Positions 32,504 through 40,350 of a stretch of 43,955 nt of DNA are shown piece by piece. The notes beneath the pieces were generated by a model. That model searched no databases. It was not told the origin of the DNA and saw only the letters and a program-made list of their open reading frames with translations. This stretch comes from a virus. The DNA is taken from UHGV virus genome UHGV-0152227; one strand, written 5' to 3'. Positions within the stretch are counted from its first letter, which is position 1; each line of letters starts with the position of its first letter. Position numbers and translations under genes: made by a program.

Positions 32504-33324
32504 TGGTTGCCTCCTTTGCGAAGCTGGGCAGCAAAGTCAACTAACCACTCAGTCATTTCAACCTTCCCTACCAGGTCTGAACCAGGGTGCATACAGCAAT
32601 CACTCTGCGCCGCTTTGAAATCCTTATACTCATATTCTTGGGCCACCAGATTTTTTGCAGCTTCTATAGCAGCATCCACCCCCTGCGCCCGAACTTCAGC
32701 CAGGAAAGCGTCGGTGGCTGGGGTTTCGACATTAGGTCGAAGCTCATAATCACAAACTCTTTCAATCCATGGTGATACTCTGTCGCATTTCCTCTTCTTG
32801 CGTTCACCGACCTTGGTTGCCTGCTGAATAATTACCCCCCAGCAAATGCTTTCGACCTCTTCGCTCCATCCATCGCAAGCATCGCCTCTATAGTCGTCAA
32901 TTGCAGCCTCAGCAGCAGCGATAGCCTCCTCAGCAGTTTTGTGACACTCGAAACTAAATTCAGAGCCATATGAGAAATACATAGCCCCGGCCTTCAGCGC
33001 CGCATTCTCCGCTGCCAGCGCCACGAGATTAGTCTCAAGCTCTGCAATTCGACACATAGCATCAATATTTGTGTCCTCCAGGCGCTTAATTTCACCAAGC
33101 AGCTCCAGTGCAACCTTTGGGTTGAACGCGGCAACATAACGAGCGTTGTTCTCTGCATTTTTCTGTCCATCAAAGCCGGTCCATTTGATAACGTCTTCAC
33201 ATCGTTCATCACCGGGCGTGTGCACCGCATAAGTACCAGTATCCGTCGAAATAAATGCGACCCATTCGTCTGGTGTTGCCTTTTCTGCCGCCTCACGCAG
33301 TACCTGATAATTAATCTTGCTCAC
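32500..33324 (-). CDS. Ead/Ea22-like protein, paralogue 2
   Basis: N-terminus MSKINYQVLREAAEKA, the AENAALKA coiled-coil motif, and a C-terminus FAAQLRKGGNQ shared with paralogue 1. Confidence 0.7.
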   Translation of the reverse strand: MSKINYQVLREAAEKATPDEWVAFISTDTGTYAVHTPGDERCEDVIKWTGFDGQKNAENNARYVAAFNPKVALELLGEIKRLEDTNIDAMCRIAELETNLVALAAENAALKAGAMYFSYGSEFSFECHKTAEEAIAAAEAAIDDYRGDACDGWSEEVESICWGVIIQQATKVGERKKRKCDRVSPWIERVCDYELRPNVETPATDAFLAEVRAQGVDAAIEAAKNLVAQEYEYKDFKAAQSDCCMHPGSDLVGKVEMTEWLVDFAAQLRKGGNQ

Positions 33325-33890
33325 TGGCTGCCTCCTTTGCGAAGCTGTTCAGCGATATCTTCGAGAACGCCATCAGAGAATGAGCGGTCAAAATCGCCTT
33401 CCCGCGCATTAGCCATAAACTCAGTAGAGGTAAGAATCATCCGGGCAATATCCGCGGCGTTCTTCGCAGTATCATCAATAAAACCAGCTTCCCAAGCAGC
33501 CAGCATTCTGTTCGCCACAAAGTAAGCGCCCTCCTTGCGTGCTTCAGTCTTCACTTCATCCAGGAAAGTGTCGGTCGCAGGAGTGGTTTTTTGTGGTGAT
33601 AGGGCGATACGAATTGTTTCAAGAGCTGGATCTATTTCCACTGTTGGCACTTTGATAAAACCAAGCTGCACGCCATTCATAATGAACGTGCGGCGATCCT
33701 CACATATCGCCTTCAGCGCCGCATTCTCCGCTGCCAGCGCATTAGCACGCGCCAGTTGCACTTCCAGTTGCGTTGCCAAATCGCTGATCAGCTTTGCCAC
33801 ACTGCGCATATCAACGGCACCACATTCTGCTTTCAGTTCCGAAGCCATCTCATGCCCGGCGGAAACTAACCCTTTGATATTACTTTCCAT
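33321..33890 (-). CDS. Ead/Ea22-like protein, paralogue 1
   Basis: AENAALKA motif and C-terminus IAEQLRKGGSQ. The DNA at 33322-33350 nearly repeats 32500-32528. Confidence 0.7.
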   Translation of the reverse strand: MESNIKGLVSAGHEMASELKAECGAVDMRSVAKLISDLATQLEVQLARANALAAENAALKAICEDRRTFIMNGVQLGFIKVPTVEIDPALETIRIALSPQKTTPATDTFLDEVKTEARKEGAYFVANRMLAAWEAGFIDDTAKNAADIARMILTSTEFMANAREGDFDRSFSDGVLEDIAEQLRKGGSQ

Positions 33891-33951
33891 CTTTACCCTC
33901 GCTTATCCACATAACTTATTGATTACATTGATAACTAAAAAGATCGTCGAT

Positions 33952-34296
33952 TCAGAACTCTTCGATGTTCCAGCCGCCACCTGCTTTCTTTGGTTTAACC
34001 GTTACCCCGATGATGCGGAACGGATACTGATCTGCTGCGACTTTGGTTTTCACCCTGGCGTCGTCGGTCCAGAAACCTTTCACCTCGTGTAATTCCATCT
34101 CGCCGGTGGTGAGCATCACCGCGAAATCTGGCGTATAGAACGTGTTATCAGCTAACCGCAGCTTGATACCCTCGAATCGATACCAGGCGATTTCCCCTGC
34201 ACGTTTACGCAGCTCAAGGTGCTGGCAATACGCAGATTCTGTTTTGTTCATCTGGCCTGTTTTGAGTCGACCAAGAGCCTGTATCTGTTTTCTCAT
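33952..34296 (-). CDS. DUF1064-type PD-(D/E)XK nuclease (putative Holliday-junction resolvase)
   Basis: The pattern YTPDF....ELHEVKG is the DUF1064 catalytic core. Confidence 0.7.
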   Translation of the reverse strand: MRKQIQALGRLKTGQMNKTESAYCQHLELRKRAGEIAWYRFEGIKLRLADNTFYTPDFAVMLTTGEMELHEVKGFWTDDARVKTKVAADQYPFRIIGVTVKPKKAGGGWNIEEF

Positions 34297-34298
34297 GA

Positions 34299-34376
34299 TT
34301 TACCTCTAAGGTAATTAAAAACCACATAAGACACGAAATCAATAGAGCTTAGAATATTTTGTTACCCACCAGGTAA
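34299..34376. promoter_or_regulatory. two perfect operator dyads plus an internal minus-strand promoter
   Basis: TTACC TCTAA GGTAA (34299-34313; overlaps the GAGG RBS of the 33952-34296 gene) and TTACC CACCA GGTAA (34362-34376), centres 63 bp apart. Minus strand: TTGATT, 17-bp spacer, TTTAAT, directly abutting the first dyad. Confidence 0.55.
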
Positions 34377-34413
34377 TTGTTGAGGCGTAAAAAAATGCGC
34401 TATCGCGCTGGTA

Positions 34414-35190
34414 TTACTTGATAAATCCTACCGCCTTTCCCCGCCTGTATTCCTCCATCAGCCACTGCGCCGGTGTTATTCCCCCCAGGGTGGCGGCGTT
34501 AGGCATACACCCGAAACTTCGCCCTGGTGGATGGTAAACGTCTCTCCCTGTGTCCGGAGGTGTACTCATGGGTTCTGGCTTTGCCTGTATGCTGATCACC
34601 GGATCGGGTATCTGCTGTCCGGAAGCCACCTTTTTCGCCCAATCATCGAGCAGCCTGCGCGCGTGTTTCTCAACCTCAATCTCGCTAAGCTGGCGCTGAT
34701 ACATTGCACGGCGGGTATCACATACGACCCAGTACATAACCGGATGTCGCCACGGGAATCTTTCGGGACCACCAGGATATAAACTTTTTTCCTTGCTGTA
34801 CCGGTGAAACTCCGCCATCACATCGTCAATGGTGACGCCAAGAACCATCTTGCTGTCTTTGCACCACTTGATGAATTGCCCAGGCGACGGCCAGAACGGA
34901 GATTCACTGGCGCGGGCGTGGCGCATACCAGCGTTAACCTGTTCCATTGTTGTGATCCCATTCTCCAGAAACGCAAGCATCCATTGCTTACGGAATTCAT
35001 TAAGTTTGTTCTGCTCCCTTATGGTCGAAACGCTTGCAGGAAATGCAGCCTGTAACTGGACAAATAGTTCATTGAAAATTCTAGCAACCTGCTCCTTTTT
35101 GCCATTGCTGTCACGCCGCTCTTCATGCACAGCAACACCATGCTCACGTAAGCGATCGTACTCATTGAGAAGTTCTGGAGTTGATTTCAT
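34414..35190 (-). CDS. replication protein P-like (helicase loader)
   Basis: The motif FWPSPGQFIKWCK and the overall layout are recognised from lambda P family proteins. It follows the O-like gene. Confidence 0.75.
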   Translation of the reverse strand: MKSTPELLNEYDRLREHGVAVHEERRDSNGKKEQVARIFNELFVQLQAAFPASVSTIREQNKLNEFRKQWMLAFLENGITTMEQVNAGMRHARASESPFWPSPGQFIKWCKDSKMVLGVTIDDVMAEFHRYSKEKSLYPGGPERFPWRHPVMYWVVCDTRRAMYQRQLSEIEVEKHARRLLDDWAKKVASGQQIPDPVISIQAKPEPMSTPPDTGRDVYHPPGRSFGCMPNAATLGGITPAQWLMEEYRRGKAVGFIK

Positions 35191-35992
35191 CCCACACCCC
35201 TTCTATCCAGTCAGTGTTATTCCAGTCAAGCTCATCGCTTTTCCCGGCGTTTTTTGATTTTCCCCTGATATGATTTACGTGCCTGGCGAATTTTTGTTCC
35301 CACTGAACCTGCGTGAACACTTTGCCCTCAGCCATCCAGTAATCCCGGAATGCAGCAAGTTCAGCAGGTGTAAATTCCGGTTCCGGCAGGGCCGTTCCCC
35401 ACAGCGCAGCACGCCGTCGAAAATCCGGCGACGGATGCCAGCCATCGGTCATCGGAAATTTCCCGATGGGTTCACTCAGGCCATCCAGAAATTCAGGTTC
35501 AGCCACCTGCAACGGCATACCGTTCGCTTCACTGGTCGGAGCACCCTCGCGCACGTGCGCTATGTGTGGGGTTTTATATATATCTTCCTCTTCCTCTTCC
35601 TCTGGTAACTCCTTTTGTAACGCTGTTGGCGTTACTTTTTGCGTTACTCGTTTTCGATGCTCTGCCACTCTTCTATTCGTAAGTGCACGTTTTTTCGATG
35701 ATTCTCCATTATGTCGCTCAAAGTTTGGAAGAATTAGTTTGCCGTCATGATAAGCAAGCCATCCGACGCTAATGAGGGCGTCAGCAAATCCTGTAATAAA
35801 AGCGAGTCTATCAAGTACTCCTTTTGTAACGCTGCCAGCGTTACCGTCTATTGTTTGCTGGTCAGCCCATGCCCATATACGAACCAGCTTTCCAAGAACA
35901 GCATCTGGATCAATACCCAGAATTTCTGCTATCTGAAAAATTTCAGGTTTATCAGGAGTGATAACTTCAACCTTAATCCAGCTGCTTGCCAT
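35162..35992 (-). CDS. replication initiation protein (O-like, DnaT-like C-terminal region)
   Basis: MASSWIKVEVITPDKPEIFQIAEILG..., an acidic linker EEEEEED, and a C-terminal ELAAFRDYWMAEGKVFTQVQWEQKF. The start is set at the ATG at 35992. Confidence 0.7.
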   Translation of the reverse strand: MASSWIKVEVITPDKPEIFQIAEILGIDPDAVLGKLVRIWAWADQQTIDGNAGSVTKGVLDRLAFITGFADALISVGWLAYHDGKLILPNFERHNGESSKKRALTNRRVAEHRKRVTQKVTPTALQKELPEEEEEEDIYKTPHIAHVREGAPTSEANGMPLQVAEPEFLDGLSEPIGKFPMTDGWHPSPDFRRRAALWGTALPEPEFTPAELAAFRDYWMAEGKVFTQVQWEQKFARHVNHIRGKSKNAGKSDELDWNNTDWIEGVWDEINSRTSQ

Positions 35993-36167
35993 AGGTTTCC
36001 CCTCTTGCACTCTTTAGTGCACAAGCAAATTCATTACGATGGCGGTTGGCGCTATTCATTGCACATTCAACACATGTTCCGTTCAGAACATACCTTTCAG
36101 AGAGATGGCCGTGACGGCACCGCTTTCCTGTGAAATAGCGATTTAACCCGGCTTTTGCGGCCTCCAT
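35973..36167 (-). CDS. small zinc-ribbon protein (64 aa)
   Basis: GKRCRHGH...NGTCVEC pattern. The start is ambiguous between ATG 36167 and TTG 36185. Confidence 0.5.
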   Translation of the reverse strand: MEAAKAGLNRYFTGKRCRHGHLSERYVLNGTCVECAMNSANRHRNEFACALKSARGETYGKQLD

Positions 36168-36263
36168 TCTGGTTACTATCTTCAATTTTTCCGCCCCTTT
36201 TTGTTATTGATATTGGCTATTTTGCACAATTGGAAAATTTGATCAACCAGATTTGGTTTTTTA

Positions 36264-36278
36264 TTACCTTTGAGGTAC
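36264..36278. promoter_or_regulatory. isolated near-consensus operator downstream of the cro-like gene terminator
   Basis: TTACC TTTGA GGTAC (9/10). Confidence 0.45.
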
Positions 36279-36287
36279 GAATAGATA

Positions 36288-36312
36288 TGAAAAGACCGCC
36301 GGGTGGCGGTCT
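36288..36312 (-). terminator. terminator after the cro-like gene
   Basis: 8-bp stem AGACCGCC / GGCGGTCT, loop GGGT. The minus strand continues TTTTC. Confidence 0.65.
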
Positions 36313-36333
36313 ACAGAGGGTTGTAGCTGGATA

Positions 36334-36564
36334 TCATGAGTAGAAGAAGTATGCCAGTTCTGCTTTTGAGCGCAGCCATTGTCTTGTTTTACAGGCTTTA
36401 AAAAGCCCATTCATCAATACTTTACCTGGCATTTTGCGCTTACCTGTTAAGTGAGTCTGGATATAGTGACTCGTCGTTCCGGCTTCCTGTGCGAAGGCTT
36501 CACGCTCATCCGGAGTAAGTGCAAGCCAGTGCTTTTTGAAATCGAAATGTCCGTTATCGCTCAT
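36334..36564 (-). CDS. Cro-like HTH regulator (76 aa)
   Basis: HTH AGTTSHYIQTHLTGKRKMP. It is divergent from the repressor gene across the operator cluster. Confidence 0.7.
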   Translation of the reverse strand: MSDNGHFDFKKHWLALTPDEREAFAQEAGTTSHYIQTHLTGKRKMPGKVLMNGLFKACKTRQWLRSKAELAYFFYS

Positions 36565-36596
36565 AGCTATTGCCTGATATTTATTTCAGATAATAA

Positions 36597-36663
36597 ATAT
36601 TCACCCATAAGGTAACAAAAATCAAGGATAGTTACCTATGAGGTGCATTTACCTGTTGGGTAA
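36597..36663. promoter_or_regulatory. immunity operator cluster (3 dyads) with the leftward cro promoter
   Basis: Dyads TCACC CATAA GGTAA (36601-36615), TTACC TATGA GGTGC (36632-36646) and TTACC TGTTG GGTAA (36649-36663). Minus-strand promoter: TTGATT (36620-36625), 17-bp spacer, GAATAT (36597-36602), overlapping the first dyad. Confidence 0.65.
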
Positions 36664-36718
36664 TATTGCTTTAAATTGAATCATCTACTGATTCATATAT
36701 GAGGCGATTTTCCAGAAA

Positions 36719-37303
36719 ATGAAAAGTATCCAGGACGTCCGCAGGCAAAATCTCAACGACTTGATCGACCGTGAATTCAATGGTGTTCAGACGCGGATGG
36801 CAGAAAAACTTGGAACTCAGGCAAATCTGGTAAACCGCTGGGCTCTTGGCAAGAAGGTTATCGGCGACCAGGTTGCACGAAAAATTGAAGCTGCCGCCAA
36901 TAAACCCCGTAACTGGCTTGATATCGATCGCTCGCTTTCTCAGGAAGGTTTTCAGCCTGTCGGCCCGAGCGATATAGGTCAGCTGGCGGCTCACAACCTG
37001 GAACGCTGGATGAGCGAAAGCCGCGACCTTTCAACGCAGGGAAAACTACACCGCGCATCCGGCGTCGCCCAGGTGACAATCAGCCGCCTGTTAAACAATG
37101 AGGTCAGCGTTTCCATTTCCACCCTGGAGAATGTTGCATCCGCATTCGGGCGTCACGGCTATGAATTACTGATTCACCCGCACGACCCTGCGACCATCAA
37201 CTATGATCGCTCGCGCTACGCATTGTTACCCGAAACCGAGAAAGCAAAGATCGAAAGTTACATTGAATTTGTCATCAACCAGAACGAAAAAAACAAACAA
37301 TAA
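36719..37303 (+). CDS. prophage repressor with two tandem HTH_XRE domains and no S24 peptidase domain
   Basis: HTH 1 is QTRMAEKLGTQANLVNRWALGKK...PRNWLD. HTH 2 is QGKLHRASGVAQVTISRLLNNEVSVSISTLENVASAFG. No Ser/Lys autocleavage module was recognisable. The RBS is weak or absent. Confidence 0.75.
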   Translation: MKSIQDVRRQNLNDLIDREFNGVQTRMAEKLGTQANLVNRWALGKKVIGDQVARKIEAAANKPRNWLDIDRSLSQEGFQPVGPSDIGQLAAHNLERWMSESRDLSTQGKLHRASGVAQVTISRLLNNEVSVSISTLENVASAFGRHGYELLIHPHDPATINYDRSRYALLPETEKAKIESYIEFVINQNEKNKQ

Positions 37304-37323
37304 AATCATATTTTTCAGTAAGT

Positions 37324-37348
37324 AAGCCGCCTTCTGGCGGCTTTTTTA
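37324..37348 (+). terminator. rho-independent terminator of the repressor gene
   Basis: Stem AAGCCGCC / GGCGGCTT, loop TTCT, then a T-run. Confidence 0.85.
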
Positions 37349-37360
37349 TTGCCTATTCGA

Positions 37361-37437
37361 TTACCTAATGGGTAATTTTTTTAACTCATATCTATTGACA
37401 TCAAACCAGATACGCATAATTATTACCTCAACGGTAA
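37361..37437 (+). promoter_or_regulatory. early-right promoter flanked by two perfect operators
   Basis: TTACC TAATG GGTAA (37361-37375); TTGACA (37395-37400), 17-bp spacer, AATTAT (37418-37423); TTACC TCAAC GGTAA (37423-37437). Confidence 0.6.
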
Positions 37438-37456
37438 CAGACCGAGGTAACAAGTT

Positions 37457-37609
37457 ATGCAGTGGAAAATCATCAACGGTTGGTACTGCGTTACTGCATG
37501 CGGATTCATGAGCTGGAAGTTCCGCACCTTACAGGAAGGCATTAAGTGGGCTTTCGTCAGCAAAGAAGCTCGCGATGTGGCCAACGATAACGAGATATGG
37601 GAGGGCTGA
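37457..37609 (+). CDS. 50-aa protein, first gene of the early-right operon (below the ORF-track cut-off)
   Basis: GAGGTAA RBS 6 nt before the ATG at 37457. MQWKIINGWYCVTACGFMSWKFRTLQEGIKWAFVSKEARDVANDNEIWEG. The next gene starts 2 nt after its TGA stop (TGATAATG). Confidence 0.5.
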   Translation: MQWKIINGWYCVTACGFMSWKFRTLQEGIKWAFVSKEARDVANDNEIWEG

Positions 37610-37611
37610 TA

Positions 37612-37911
37612 ATGAACGTTAATCAGCAGAAAAATCTTCAAAAAATCATGCTGGCATTCGACAAGGACTACCGCCTGTCAGAACAGCTATATGACCGACA
37701 AGTTGAACTGATCGAGAGCATCCGGCTTCATCAACTGGCCTCAACTTTCGACGCTGTAACAGGTAAAGGCGTTCGCCAGGAAGTACTGGAGGCCGCTAAA
37801 GACAGTCCAGAGTTCGAAGAACTGATGGATTCCTACCGGCGAGAGGCAATGGCAATTATCGCCCGCTGGGATCTGGCGGATCAGCTTGATGGGCAGAGGG
37901 ACGCGGCATGA
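37612..37911 (+). CDS. hypothetical protein (99 aa)
   Basis: GGGAGGG RBS before the ATG at 37612. Helical and acidic. ATGA overlap with the next gene. Confidence 0.7.
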   Translation: MNVNQQKNLQKIMLAFDKDYRLSEQLYDRQVELIESIRLHQLASTFDAVTGKGVRQEVLEAAKDSPEFEELMDSYRREAMAIIARWDLADQLDGQRDAA

Positions 37912-38729
37912 AACCGGGAATTTATTTCGACATCAGCAACGAAGACTACCACGCCGGTGACGGCGTGAGTAAGTCGCAACTGGACATGGTTGCCAAGAAT
38001 CCGGCGCTTCTTAAATGGGTTCAGGCAGCACCAGAAGACGAAGAGAAAAAGTCTGCACTGGATATGGGAACCGCATTGCACTGTCTGCTTCTGGAGCCTG
38101 GAGAGTTCGACAAACGCTTCATTGTTTCACCGAAATTCGATCGTCGGACGAAACAAGGTAAAGCTGACGAAGAGGCATTTCTTCGTGATATTGCGGATAT
38201 GGGGATTTCGGTACTTGATGCAGAGCAGTGGCGGAAACTGGAGCTGATGCGTGATAGCGCAATGGCTCACCCGGCGGCACGCTGGATGTTGGAAGCTCCT
38301 GGTTACTGCGAAGCATCAATGTACTGGAACGATGAAGAGACTGGTGAGTTGTGCCGCATTCGTCCAGACAAATGGCTGAACGAGCACAACGTGATCGTCG
38401 ACGTGAAAAAGGTTGCAGATATGGACCGTTTTGCACGTCACATCGAGGAATTCCGCTACCACGTGCAGGACGCAATGTACCGCGAAGGCGCAATGAGGGT
38501 TACTGGTCAGCCGCATGGTTTTTTCTTTCTTGCCGTGAGCGAAAGCATTGATTGTGGTCGGTATCCGGTACGCGTGTTCGGGCTGGATGCGCCGGATGTC
38601 GATGCCGGGCACGCTCTGTTCCGCCGGGATCTGAATACCTATCACGAATGCCGCATCAGCGATGAATGGGGCGGCGTGGAAATTATTAAACGCCCTGAGT
38701 GGGCACGCAAACAGGATATGTACGTATGA
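37908..38729 (+). CDS. PD-(D/E)XK exonuclease, RecE (exonuclease VIII) C-terminal-domain-like
   Basis: The patterns YHAGDGVSKSQL, GTALHCLLLEP and IVDVKK are typical of RecE/PDDEXK_1 nucleases. It is paired with recT. Confidence 0.75.
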   Translation: MKPGIYFDISNEDYHAGDGVSKSQLDMVAKNPALLKWVQAAPEDEEKKSALDMGTALHCLLLEPGEFDKRFIVSPKFDRRTKQGKADEEAFLRDIADMGISVLDAEQWRKLELMRDSAMAHPAARWMLEAPGYCEASMYWNDEETGELCRIRPDKWLNEHNVIVDVKKVADMDRFARHIEEFRYHVQDAMYREGAMRVTGQPHGFFFLAVSESIDCGRYPVRVFGLDAPDVDAGHALFRRDLNTYHECRISDEWGGVEIIKRPEWARKQDMYV

Positions 38730-39643
38730 GCAACGAAATTGCAATCACCAATGATGTGTTGGCTATTCGGGGAATCGATGAAGTTACATGGAGCGCTCTG
38801 AAAAACAGTATTTACCCTGGGGCAAAAGATGAATCGGTAATGATGGCAGTCGATTACTGCCGGGCGCGTCAACTCGATCCTCTTCTTAAGCCGGTACACC
38901 TGGTACCAATGAGTGTTAAAGACTCGAAGAGTGGAAAGAATGAATGGCGCGACGTGGTCATGCCTGGCATTGGACTTTATCGCATTCAGGCCTACCGTTC
39001 CGGCGATTACGCAGGCGCTAATGAACCTGAGTTCGGTCCAGATGTAACACAAACGCTTTCAGGAGTGGAGGTTACCTTCCCTCAGTGGTGTAAGTACACC
39101 GTCAGCAAGCGAATGGCAAGCGGGGAAATCGTAGAGTTTAGCGCCAAAGAATACTGGATTGAGAACTATGCAACTGGGGGGCGTGACACATCGGCACCAA
39201 ATGCCATGTGGAAAAAGCGCCCTTATGCGCAGTTGGCAAAATGCGCAGAGGCACAGGCATTACGTAAAGCATGGCCGGAGATTGGTCAACAAGCCACAGC
39301 TGAGGAAATGGAAGGTAAATATATCGACTCACCTGACATTATTGAACGTGACGTAACTCCAAGAAGTCAGGCAAAGCACGGCACAGCATCCAGCATGAAC
39401 AGTCTGATCAACGCTAAAACAGTGAAAAAGCCTGATGAGCAAACGCGTAAAGCGGATAGCCGTGATCCAGAAGAAATGCTGATGGCCTTTACCAGCGCAG
39501 CGATGAATTACAGCACTGTCTCCGAACTGGATAAGGCTTACAAATACATTGCACAAAAACTTTCAGATGATGACGAACTGCTGGCAAAAGCCACCGACGT
39601 TTACAGCGTTCGTCGGGAAGAATTAAACGAAACATCTATGTAA
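38726..39643 (+). CDS. recT: RecT-family single-strand annealing recombinase
   Basis: MMAVDYCRARQLDPLLKPVHLVPM and RPYAQLAKCAEAQALRKAWPE are RecT signatures. The start at 38726 forms an ATGA overlap. Confidence 0.85.
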   Translation: MSNEIAITNDVLAIRGIDEVTWSALKNSIYPGAKDESVMMAVDYCRARQLDPLLKPVHLVPMSVKDSKSGKNEWRDVVMPGIGLYRIQAYRSGDYAGANEPEFGPDVTQTLSGVEVTFPQWCKYTVSKRMASGEIVEFSAKEYWIENYATGGRDTSAPNAMWKKRPYAQLAKCAEAQALRKAWPEIGQQATAEEMEGKYIDSPDIIERDVTPRSQAKHGTASSMNSLINAKTVKKPDEQTRKADSRDPEEMLMAFTSAAMNYSTVSELDKAYKYIAQKLSDDDELLAKATDVYSVRREELNETSM

Positions 39644-39692
39644 CCACCACCGCGGCGCCACGCGCGCCGCACTGCAACCAAGAGAGGTATTT

Positions 39693-39941
39693 ATGAAAGG
39701 TGCATTAGGTAAGAAGGAACTCCTGGCGGTGGTGCCACTGTCATGGAGCACTATCGACCGTATGGAGCGCGCAGGGGAATTTCCTAAACGCTGGTATATC
39801 ACCGATAAACGCTGCGCATGGAACCGTGATGAAGTTGAGCGTTGGCTTGATGAACGTCAGGCAGCAAGCCCGGCAGAGTTCCAGGGTAAAAAACCTCCTG
39901 TTCAGCAACGTGTATATCGTCCTGTGAGCAACGCGGCATGA
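39693..39941 (+). CDS. AlpA-family HTH protein, probable excisionase/regulator
   Basis: LSWSTIDRMERAGEFPKRWYITDKRCAWNRDEVERWL is the AlpA/Xis pattern that accompanies P4-type integrases. Confidence 0.75.
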   Translation: MKGALGKKELLAVVPLSWSTIDRMERAGEFPKRWYITDKRCAWNRDEVERWLDERQAASPAEFQGKKPPVQQRVYRPVSNAA

Positions 39942-40054
39942 GTGTGCTGCTAAGGCACTGGAGCAAATGGTCAGGATGGTACTTATTCCTGGCCTCTGTT
40001 TCAGCATGGCTTTATCTGCTGGCATTAATTTTCAGAGAGGGTTGGATTAAGTGA
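39938..40054 (+). CDS. 38-aa hydrophobic peptide (below the ORF-track cut-off)
   Basis: MSVLLRHWSKWSGWYLFLASVSAWLYLLALIFREGWIK has one TM helix. It has an ATGA overlap with the upstream stop and a GTGA overlap with the downstream start. Confidence 0.4.
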   Translation: MSVLLRHWSKWSGWYLFLASVSAWLYLLALIFREGWIK

Positions 40055-40350
40055 GAAAGTTAAGCCGACTTGAAAAATATCACATGAACAAGGTTTCAAT
40101 GCGCAGCCCTTCAAAGGTTGTTGCCGTTACTCCTGCGGCGATAGAGATCGAAAAACGCGCGATTGAAAGAGAGAAAAAAGGGCAGTTCCGCATTGCCGCC
40201 CACCTTTGGCTTCAGTGTATGGATGTTGCTTCTGGTGATGTTGAACGTGCAAGGATCGCGGTTCGCAGGGACCAATGTATCACAAAAGGTAACGGCCTTC
40301 GCCGTGGCGACTATAGCGGCATAGGATGTTGTGGGGTGGTTTATGACTAA
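40051..40350 (+). CDS. small regulator-like protein (ANR-family-like, tentative)
   Basis: GQFRIAAHLWLQCMDVASGDVERARIAVRRDQC resembles the ANR-family pattern. GTG start, with an alternative ATG at 40084. Confidence 0.55.
   Translation: MRKLSRLEKYHMNKVSMRSPSKVVAVTPAAIEIEKRAIEREKKGQFRIAAHLWLQCMDVASGDVERARIAVRRDQCITKGNGLRRGDYSGIGCCGVVYD

Noticed and set aside
36858-37641. Minus-strand ORFs of 73 aa and 72 aa
   Set aside because: They are antisense to the repressor gene and to the early-right promoter and first cistron. No signals support them.
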